This document shows, piece by piece, positions 12,001-24,000 of a DNA stretch of 55,874 nucleotides. This DNA is from an uncultured Christensenella sp. GTDB lineage: Bacteria; Bacillota; Clostridia; Christensenellales; DTU072. The notes beneath the pieces are model-generated. The model did not search any database and was not told the origin of the DNA. It saw only the letters and a program-made list of their open reading frames with translations. The position numbers were made by a program, and so were the translations under genes. How positions within the stretch are numbered: the stretch's first letter is position 1; every line of letters begins with the position of its first letter. Location of the stretch: the NCBI GenBank assembly GCA_964368435.1, contig CAYJBS010000003.1, positions 1 to 55,874 of the forward strand, read 5' to 3'.

Positions 12001-15000
12001 CGACATAATCCCCATAACGAATATTGACTGGGATTTCGATTTCTTCAATATACAATACAACGGCGGTGTATTTTATTCACACACAATGTTCAACAACCTG
12101 CCAATAGCGCTGAAGCTCAACGTAAAATCAAAAATAGTATCTTATTTGCGGTTTGTCGACTCGGTGAACCTCAATCTTCCGATTGACGAAAGACCTTATA
12201 GCGAAGCCATAGGGCAATATACCGTTGATGTGTTGCAGACGGAAACGTATACTTTCCCCACGAGCTCCACGGGGACGCAAGAGCTTAGATTGTATTATGA
12301 AGATGGCACATACAGAATAATAGGCAATCGCGACCATACTTTGGACGATTTGAATTATTATAAGAATTATTTGCCGCTGATACTTCAATGGAAGCATAAA
12401 GAAGTCAACGAAAACTCGGTACGACTTGTCGGAACAAAGGCTCCGCTGGGTATCGAAGACAAAAACATAAACACAACGACGATAGGCAACGAGGGCTTTA
12501 CGATAGGTACGCAATCCATAAGCTTGAATGTGCTTATGCCGACAAGAGCCGAAGCCAGCATAGGCAATGCAGGAAGTATTTTTGCCATAACAGCTTATGG
12601 CAGATTGGGTGACGGCAGTTACAACTTTGAAGCGCCTGTCAAAGAAATGACATCGTATTCAAATTCTGCGTTTAGTTCCAATCAAGCTTTGGGACAGTTT
12701 TTCGATTTCAACCCCTACAACCAAAAACCTTTGCCGAACAAGGTGTATCTTGATGTCATCCAAGGTGGAGAAACAAGGGTACAACGCAAGGCTTACGACA
12801 TCAAATGGGAAGAATCGGATGTATTGATGGCAAGACACACCTACAACGGTGTGGGACAAATAATCTATACGGATTATATACTCAGAAACGTCTCTACAGA
12901 CGAAGAGCATTTGCTTGTGACGGGTACTCTTGGCGACGGCAAGCATACGATATCAGTGCGGATGATTGTTCGCAATCTTGACGCGCTCTATCAAGATATT
13001 ACTTTCGAGGGCATGGAAACCAACGAAACAAGAAAGACCGTAGACCCTTACCTTGCCTACAACTTCCCGTCATACTATACTTTGATGCTCAAGAACGGCA
13101 CCGAAATAAAAGTCGAAGATGTCAAATGGTTCATTGTGTTACAACCGGGACAGAATTGGATGCTCCAATTGTACGGCAGGAGCTATCATTGGATATACGA
13201 TTATTTGCAGTATCTTGAGGATTTGTCGCAAGGCAACCCCGTCGGTTCACTCGATGACATCATTCCCGACGGTTTCAGCGTACCGACAGCCGAGGAACTG
13301 GATTATTTCCGACTGCTTCTTGAAAAAGGCGAAATTCCCATAGACAACAAATATGTCTTCTCCTATCTGGGAGGCAACTATAACATAAAGAGTTATGTCG
13401 AGGCTACGGACACTGTCATTGCGCAAGAGGTTTCTCTGTCTTTGACTGTCATATCCCGCAATGTTCTGCTGGTTGACACCGACAACGGTTATACTCGGCT
13501 GGACATCTATAATACCGACGATTCGCAACCGGCGGAGTTGTATTCGCTGGATACCTATCTGGCAGAAAGCACAACGATGCTGTCCCGTCTTGAATATCTG
13601 CGCAGATACAATGACGAATACGACCGCACCATTCGCCGCATAAACAATCTATTGACCGACCGCAGAAGAGAAAATCCCGAGCTGTCAAACGTAGTTTTGA
13701 ATGCAAATGTATATGATGAATATAAATACATATCTTCTGTAACCGAACAAGCGTTGCTGGTTTCGCACTACAACAACGTCTATGGGCAATATCCCAATTC
13801 ACCCGAGGAAGAACTCAAGTTCTTTGCTCTTCAGAGTTATATGTCCGAAAAGACCGTCACCATCAACAAGGCGAGAACCGGCATATATTTCGGAGACAAC
13901 CCCGAAACCTCGATGAATAAATATCTGCTGAACGTGAGATGGACGAACCTTGACGAAATCATCACAACGCTACAAAACAGCTCCGGCGCCGCTTTGGGTA
14001 TCAAACTTGAAGGATATCTCGGTTATGGACAAATAAACCAACAGTTGGTGAGAATTCCGTTCAAGATTACACGCAGAGAAGTGACGACTTTCAGTTTCAA
14101 CAGACTAAATACCGGAGACAGCGAGCTGTTGACGGTAGACTATAGATATGTATATATATCGGATGAAGCAGAAGCTGTCTCGATGATAAACACCATAAGC
14201 GACAACGTGTTGTTCGACAACGATATTCCGCAGCATCAGAAATCAAAAACGATTTTTGACAGACTTTATGGCATTTCTTTGGATATCGACAGACTGATAA
14301 TGGAAGAAGTCGAACAAATCATCTACAACGCCGACGAAGAGACGCGGTATGCGCTTATACTGGAAGAAATCATTCGACTGCGCACCGAAAATATCCGCAA
14401 GGTTTTCATAAACCTCAAAAAACCCATGGGCTTGACGCAGGATGACGGCGACGGCAACATGGTATTTTTGGCGCCCGGCGAATATTTCTATGAGGTATTG
14501 TCCCAAGTAAGTTTGGAATTCAATGCCGATCGCAGCACGGCAGGATATTTCGCGCCGAGATTTATCCTCGGAAACGGAGATACTCTGACGCTGCAAAAGA
14601 AAGATTTTGACGAGAAGTTGTTGCTCCCCGTCATAAAAGAAACAGATCCCATGACAGGTCTTGAGTATGCGGTTATCGACATATTGTTGACACACCTTTC
14701 TGCCGGCAGCTGTGAATATCCTGTCACGGTACGGTTCAGAGCCATTGTCGACTCGAAGGATGTCGAGGACGGTCGTCCGACGGAAAGCGAAATCGATCCT
14801 TTCGACGAAAACGGAAATATAAGATTTACGCAAGGCTACAAGCTTCCCGAAAGAATCACCATAAACTATAGATATTCACAAGCCGTCACCTTCAAAATAC
14901 CCGTAGGCGATCAAACGGGCTCCTGGAGAATAAACGGAGAAGTCCTCGAAAACGGCACTATTCCCAAGGAACAAATAAATGTACTCAACCCCTCGATTCT

Positions 15001-18000
15001 CGACTATACAACGATATTGCCGTGCAGTCAGGGAGAGTTCACCTATCACATAAGTTTCCCGCAAAAATATATCGGAAAAACGAGATATAACGCGCAAGCC
15101 GAAGACCGCGCCTTCCAAGCGCTGGACATTCAGAGCGGTATTATCGAGATCGACAATATTTATGAAATCTACGATCCGAGCAAACCAAACGGATTCGATA
15201 TAACAAAACTGCCCCATATCATAAACCCGTACACATACGAGTCGGGCGAAGTCACCTTCGACACAGGGGATGATGTTATCGAAACTTTCTTCAGCATAAC
15301 CAGCAACAATGCGTATTCTGTTGAATGGACATTAGCGAACGAATGGATAAACCGAAAAATAGACCACAACGGAACGACCGTCATAATAGACGGCGAATTG
15401 TCGGTGGAGCCTGTGTTGTTTGCGACGGCGAAGTTGGATTCATATTTTTATCTCTCAAGCAATGTCACAAGACAACTCAATCAAGAAATCGAACTTTACA
15501 TAAAAGTAAAGCCCCTTGCCAATCCGATAATCGAGTTTGAAGGACTGATAGACTACAGCGACAACAATTATATCAGTTTCGACCCGTACGACGACCCCAA
15601 CAATTATGGCGGCAATCTGGTGTTGCCCAAAAACGGCTTGACGGTTTATTTCAATAACAACCTGAACGATTCGCACACTTTTGACGCCAGAGCAATACTG
15701 TCGTACGAGATGCTTATGGCGGATTCGACCAATATTGTCCGCGCTCACCTTTATGATGCTCTTATGAAAAGAAGCAACACTTCGGATGTCGAGAAGAGAG
15801 CTTATCTCAAGACACAGCTGAGCAGCATAATATCGGCTTATGCGGCAGGAATGAATATCAGCATAGCGCAAGCCACCGAGAATATTTATTCTGCGGCTTT
15901 TGATGCAGTGCTTGAAAGCGGTTCGATGCTGCAAGCAGAAAGACAAGAACAAAGAACCTTCCTTATAGATTTCGCCTCAAGTCTTTTGTCGACTCATTAC
16001 GGTTTTTCGGATTCCGCCGCATGGCTCAAGTTGATGCAGATAAATGGTTCCGAAAGCGCAAAATCGGCTATCATAATGGATTATATTCGTACACTGTCGG
16101 GCTTCAACGAAGTCGGCATCATCAGAGATTTGTCGGCGCTTTATGCCGCCTATAATTTCTTCCTTTCGGGTGCATCCCAAGCAGAGAAGCAAGGCATAGT
16201 ATCGATGTACCTAGCAGCATTCAGCGCAACCCAAAAGGCGTCCATAACGGCTCTTCTTGAGACGCGGGACTTGTATAGCGGCGAAAGAATGCTGGCTCTC
16301 GAAACAATAAATCAGCAGGGCGGCATCCCCGACCAAATGCAACGTTATGCCCAAATATTCGATTTGGTAATGGAAATGGTCAGCGTAAACAGCCGACTGG
16401 ACATATTGCGTCTTGCTCTTGCAGAGAGCAGTTTTTGCCAACTTATCGCATCTTCGACGACGGAAACCAAAGAGAATGTGTCGAAGGCATTGTTGTTCAT
16501 CGAGCTTGCGGCAGTGGTACAAAGCAGAACCGACTATCTCGGCGCTATGAGTATGAGTATGGCAAGAGCAATGAACGGCTGGATAAGCAGTGAAGACACT
16601 TTCGCGTATATGTGGCAAAGACATATTGCCGCGACGATAGAAAGGGCAGACTATTTGAGCCTTAAGACGCTTGTTGAGACCTATATGTCGGTGGCGTCGG
16701 CAATGAGCATAAACAGGACAAAAGAAATTGTCTTCAGCAGGCTCATAAATGTCTATGATTATAATGAGACTGATATGCAGAACTACTTTGGCTCATCGGG
16801 TGATGAGATTGCGGCAAGAATGTTGCAGATGGCTGTCAGCAACGCGCAAACGCAGCTTCAAGATTGGCAAATACAAAGAGCCAAATCGGCAGTTTGGCAA
16901 TCCATAACCGCCGCTTTCACCGATGACGGAATATTGGCAAGAGTACTCAATGGGGAGAACGACACCGAGAACACCGGAAGAATCGACACCGTTGCCGTCA
17001 ACGCCTTGGCATATGAGAGGTTGAGACTTTCGCAATACCTTCCTATATTTGAGGCTAGGTTGAATGCTTTGGAAGATCAAATAGTCGATCCCAATCAAGA
17101 ACAAAGAAGAGCAGCCATTTATCGGGCATTATATGATGAAAGCTCCCTCGACGAAAAAGTTATACTTGCAGAGCTTATGGCGGCTTCTTATTATTCCGTA
17201 TCCGACACACAGAGTTTGGTCGGAGCCGTTCCCTATACTCAGGCAGGGCACAGCGTAGTTGAAATTGACAGCAACATTTTATATCTGATTCTATATTTAC
17301 CCGACGGTCAAACCATCAATGTTACGCTGAACATTTTTAGCAGAGAAATAAAAGAAGTGATGGTCCCCAACACAATCACCAACGAAACAGGAGGCGAGGT
17401 CAAAACGGCGCAAATCAATATACCCAATATCTATTATATTGATCCATACAACTCCGAGACCTTCAGACTGCCTTCGAAGGCTGAATTTGTCTTCGAAACA
17501 GGCTATAATCTTGTGCTTGACATAAACGAGTGGCTGGATTATGACAACAATGTCTTCTATACCAGAGGTCAAAGCTTCGATGAAAACGCGATTTATTATT
17601 ACAATCTTACCGAAAACAGCTATCGCGGCGGACATTATACGCTTAAGTCATATCTTACTTATGGCATCGGCGTCAATGCGGAAAGACAGCTTTTCGAAAT
17701 ACAAATAATTGTGCTTAACCGCACACTGAAACAGCAGTATACCGAAAGTTTTGATTTTGAGAATCCTATTGCAGGCAGACGTCAAGACATTCCCTCGAAA
17801 CTGACAAATGATATGTTTGTCGGAATTGATGTCTATTATAAGAATTTCATTGCCCCCGAGTATTATTACTCCAATTTCGGCACGCCTGTTGTGCCGCAAA
17901 TCGACTGGTCAAAAACCTCATACAATGAGTCGGGACTCAACGATTCGGATATCCTTGTTTCGGGAGGCTTTGATATCAATGTTTTGGGGTATCTCTATTA

Positions 18001-21000
18001 TGACAACAACTTGCTGATAAAGACATATCAACAAATATGGCAAGCGCTCTACAATCAATTTGCCGCCACCACAAAACCATTGGCATGGGAGAAGTTCTTT
18101 GAAATCATGGTCAGCGGAGAAAGAGTCGTAAAGACGATTTTTGCAGGAGAGGCCGCCGTCCAAATAAAGGCGCTCGACGACCTAATTTATGATGAACTAT
18201 ATATTCAGGCATACAAAAATACCGTAAAAAATGCCAATGTAGACTTATTGGGCAAGATACAGAACTTGATGGAAACGCTACGCAACAACAACATCGGACT
18301 TATCGCAGACGAGAGTTCGGAATTGTGGTACATAGTATACTATCAAGATCTCGAAGCAAAAGCCAAGAATTCCACCTTGTCAGAAATGGAAGCCGAGGTT
18401 TGGAGCGCGCTCTATTCCACATATGTTTCCGAAGAGATAACCACCATAAGCCTGCTCCGCGCCCAAAAGTGGGATGAGCTTTTTGCCATGGCAGGCATTT
18501 GGCAGGCTCAGCAGAAACAAACGGCTTTGAGCTATCTCGACCAGGCATACAATGTGTATAGAGATTTTATGCTGGTATCGACATGGGAAACTCTCGAGTC
18601 GGTAGCCACCTTCAAAGAAGCTGTGGTTATGTCGGAGATTGTCGAAAGGTTGCGTCAGCTTTATGGCTCTATCGAACAGGCAAAAATAAGAGGTTGGGAC
18701 TTCCTTCGCAACGATGACCGCACAAAAGGCATAATCGGCGAAACGGCGCAAGTCAACATCACGGCAAAGAGCTGGGATTTCAACGAGATACGCAATATGA
18801 TTGACGAAATAATCTCTGAAATTACCTTCAACGCCTTCACAAAGACCAGCAACGACAACACCTTCAAAGTTACATTTGAGGTGCTCAACACCCTGCTTAT
18901 CGAAAGACTCAACGAGGCTTTGAACGATACAATACTTGCATACTATGACGATTATCGCGATGACGCACTGGACCTTTTCAAGCAGATGCTGATGGATATT
19001 GCGCTCGAAGAAGTCAACGCAGTCGATCAAGCCAACGACGGTTTGAACGGAAATGCCCGCAAAGAGCAAAATTGGGACGATTTATTTGACATAAGAACAT
19101 ACGAAGCGACAAGCCCGATAGATGACACCAGAGCCGACGTCGAAGCGTCGGGCACAACCGAACAATATGCAAGAGACATGATAGTTTGGCAGCGGTTGCT
19201 TGAAGGCGCCGGAGAATGGCTCGACGAAATGACCCAAATTTATATAGATACAGGACTATTGGGCGTACCCGATTACCAAAGATATTATTATGCCGTAGAT
19301 ACATACAGAGCTTTGAGAGTCAGTGTCTTCACCGAAGAAATGAACCAACTATTATCAAAAGCTTATTTCAATGAGAGCCATAATGCCTGGAATACAGTAT
19401 CAATGAATCCACAAGGTTATGGGGAGACTGCCGCAAGCATAGAATACATTCTTCTCAAGGACGTTTTGAGAGAAGCTTGGATGGCGCTTGAGGGATATTC
19501 GACTGCGCAGCAGGTTTCCGCAATGAGGAGTCACTTGAATTCGTCGGCTTATGGCGTGTTGCAATACTCCAGAGGCTGGATAAGCTATTATAACTCCTTG
19601 TCGATACCTGATGCCGCCCGTAAGAGCCTTATGGATGACCTACGGTTGTATTATTATGGATTTGACACAACCACGGGACAATATGCAGGATATGGCGCAA
19701 TCTACGACTATATTTCACTGCATCCCGAAAGCATCGGAGAAACCCTTGAAGAATTGAACAGTTTGAAGGCGGTTATAGCAGCCGAGATGGCGGGCGAAAA
19801 GATGCAAAGCATCGTTGTGGAGACCATAAGAAGGTTCTTCAATTATAGCGCTGCCATGACGGACATTTATCAAATATACCTGGACGATTTGAAGAGAGAT
19901 GCATGGGCATATCTCATCGAGCGGAAACTTTATCCCGCCGAAATGGTTGCGTTGCTTCCCGACAGCGTGCTGAAACCAGTAGCGTGGAACTTGCTTTATG
20001 CGATGAGAGAGCAGACTGCCACGGACGAGCACGCTCTGATTGACGGATACTTCAACAGCATAGCCGCCGATCTGATAGATCAACAGGCAAAAGACGCATA
20101 CGATTATCTTTTGGCGCTCAATGCCGGAACTGTCGACGAGGATCGCCAAAACGACATATTGAACGGGCTTGACAGCGATGCAATCAAAACAGTATTATGG
20201 CAGGAGTTGTTCGCCGTTTCCGAAGGTAGCGACAAACTGTCAATGGAAAGCACACTCAATCAAGTTATTCGTGAGGGCAAAGTATCGGGCATTGATGCAG
20301 AATCCATCAGCTGGAACAGACTGCTTGACAAGAACGAAACCTCTCCCGCCAGAAAAGCCCTCATGTCTGAGATGTACGAAACATACACGAAGGCAAGAGC
20401 CTTTGAGCTTTACGTAATTGAGAAACATGAAGAAAGCTCGCAAACAGAGGACGATTTGTTGGATTATTATATCCAAAGCTACAAAAAGAGCAAGGTTTGG
20501 GAGGAGCTTAACAACGAAGCAAACTTAGAGAGACAGCTTCTCATGGATGATATCATTATGGCAATCGAGCATGCCGACGAAAATATCCGCCGCGCTATGT
20601 CGCTTGACGTACTTGTTGGACTTGTACCCGAGGAAGCCGACATAATCTACTTGCGTGTTCAGACAACGCAGCTTGAATACGGCAACAATGAAATTAAACA
20701 ACAAATCAAGTCAATAGAGTGGGATACATATTATTCTGCCGCAAGTACGCAAAGACGGCAGGCAATGGATGTCATTCTGAACAATTATTCAAATATCCTC
20801 AAAATTATTGACCGCAAGGCAGCTGCTTTAGATGACAGTTCTTTCCATAATTTGATAGGCGCTACGGAGAGCCAAGCCTTAGAAGACAGACTCCGGACGC
20901 AATTCGACGCGTTGCTTGAAACCTTCTTCTATGTGAAGACCTATGACGACCTTTACACATCGACTTTCACCGCGGAGCTTGACGATTGCTACGACTATGT

Positions 21001-24000
21001 ATACCAAAGATTTTTGGTTATGCACTATGACGGAGACGTCGAAAAGATTGATGTCGACACCATAAAGAAGCATGCGCTGTTGCGTTTAAGGGAACTTCAT
21101 CGCAAAGAAAGTATGGATTATTATAATGGTATTTTGCAATCCGGACTTGCGGCTTATGTCGTAAGCTACAAGGCTTTGGCTTGGCAAAGATATTATGATT
21201 ATAACCTGGAGAATAATGAAGAAAGGGCTGAGGCTATGGACAGCATTCTTCATGGCGCCGTGACAAGCATTATGGATACTCTGCAGGCAGAAGCGCTGGA
21301 TAGGCTCTATCAAGCGCTTGCCGAAGACGCTACTTCGAGAATAACAGCTACGGAAGAAAATCTCATCAGCACCATAAAGCAAAATGAATTGTGGATATCG
21401 CTGTTCGGCGAAGACCTCGACGCGCTTAAAGATATGCTCGGGGACATTTTGCCCATTGACGACAACAATCTTACTTTGAAAGATGAGGCGTGGCAGACAC
21501 TTATGTCACTGCTTAATCAAAGATCGACATATTTCACGTTGCTACTTGTTCAGAAAACGCAAACTCTTGAACAGTATCCGCAGCAAACTCAAGACTACAG
21601 AGATACAAGCAGCTGGGATGCGTTGTATCAGCTGGGAGTGCCGGGACTTGCACAGCTTATGGATGAAGTACTTGCGACATATGGTCTTTTCGGCGACAGC
21701 AACAAACATCTGGCGTTCAGAGATCTTGAAATCATGCTGACTACCGACCATACACATCTCGACCGCATGGAAATGATGCGCGCACTTGTTTTTGGCGAGA
21801 ATACGCAACTGTCGGAGAAAGAAATAAACGCCCAAGCGTTCGATCGAACATGTGCAAATTATGTTGCAATCGCAAGCCGTCTTGAAGAAGCGGTGTTGGA
21901 CATAAAGCATAATGCATGGCAGGTCTTTGTTGCCGAAAATTCCGGCAATGTTTTGCTAATCTCTCTTTTTGAAGAGATGTACGTTCTCGAGCTTTTGTAT
22001 CAAAACAATGACGAAAAGCGCGCGGCAACGGTATGCTGGGACAGATTTGTTAATATGACCGTAAATATCGAAGAAACGCTGGCATCTGCCGATCAGAGGT
22101 ATTCCGAAGACGAGTTGAGAGCCTTCTCTATCGGCTGTATCCTTGATTTGTTGGGCGGCGACGAAAGAGCGGTATTGCAAAATGCGCTTGACGAAATAGT
22201 CATAAATTATACCGCCGATCAACTTTGCGCAATGGTTTATGACATAGTGTACAGCGCAAGCATACCTGTCGAAAAAGCCGCAATGAAACAATTGTATGAT
22301 ATTCAAGCATCGGGAGGCGGTACCGTAGAAGCTATCAAGATGCGTACGCTGAACGCATACAAAGCACAAAAAAGTCAAAACGCCACAAGTGTTATTGATG
22401 ATGCTTATGAGACATTGAGCGACAGCGAAAAAACAGCGCTTTTTGCAGCATTCCACACTCCGACAATCAGTGACCCAATTGAGGTATATACACTTGATCT
22501 TGCCGAGCAATATTGGAATGGAGGCAAGATCGATACTGCATATGGCAGAATCAATATTTTCTGGGATCTTGAGGTGTTGGAAGACGGCGGCGACATAGCC
22601 AAGATCTTTATCGGCAACGCCTACAAAGCCATAGACAATGTCGACAATGAGTTTAATTATCAAACAAATGTTTTTGAAGTAAATAACTTCATATATAAGA
22701 ACAGACAGATTATCATCGAAAAACTCGATTTCTATGGGGAACTGAACATATATTCGGGAGAGGAAGTCATCGATGTAGCAAACTACTACAATCAACTTGT
22801 CATAGACCCCCTCAGCCCATATATCCCGCAAAAGGTAGCGGCATACGGCAGTATCACAGGAGTGACACCCAATGTCGAAATAGACGGCGAGTTATACAGC
22901 TATATCGGCGAAGTCGATGTCAGTTTTGAGAGCAGAATAAACGAGTTCTTGTATGACGACGAGGGCGTTGCCGGAGAAAGCATGACGGCAACGGTTTCCC
23001 CGGGACTTGGCGAGGGATCGCAGAATATTACCATAACGGTGTATTATCTGAACCGTCAACCGATTACGTACTACGTCAACAATCAAGATTATACCGTAGA
23101 AATGCTTGATGAGGATCTCAACCTTTATCCCTTGAGCATGAATATCGGTGACAATAAGGTGTTGACGGTTGATCCGCTAAACGACAATATTTATAATACC
23201 AACACAAACAAATATATTCTGCCGAACTCTTTGGTGGTTATGTTTACCGACGCTTATGCCGACGGTGTCATCTCGACGCTGTTTATGAACGGTGTCTTCA
23301 ACAACAGACTGGACATAAGCGGCATAAACTGGAACCTTATGGGCAAAAGCATTACGCTAGCGGGGATTGCGCCGTCGAATATCAGCATTGACGGTTATAC
23401 CGTAGACAACCAAAATATCGTCTCGACAGCTCAAATGAACAGCGATTTCTGGAAAATACAGCTTGACGTTCTTGAGAAAGAAGTAGACAGAACTTTGGAA
23501 GTCAATCAGCAGGGGCAAGGCGGCATAATTCTGGCGTCACAAAGCGGCGGTCTGTTGACTGCCACCAAAAAGATAGACCCCTACAATGTCATGGTATCTT
23601 TCCCCGACCATGTGAGAGTAGAATTTACCGACGGTTCGGAATCAAAACTTTTGACCAACATCTCATGGCAGTTTGCAGAGGGACGCGGACTTGAATATCT
23701 GCAACTTCCCGAAGTAATTACCGGCGCCATCGGAGAAAGCGCAATGTTCATAACTGCCGGTTTCAAGTGCGTCAGTGAGACTATCTGGATAAACTTCCCC
23801 ATCCAGAAACGTCATATCGACATAAGCGTCGAGGGCTCCGAAGAAATAAGATATCTTGAAGGCGGTACGATTTATTTAATTAAGGGTGTAGACTTGATGA
23901 CTCAGCTGAACAAGTACAGCAGTTTATACTACAACTTTGCCGATTACGGGCAGCCTGAGGACTGGTCGGAAGTGCCGTTAGAATTCTTGCCCAATGATGT

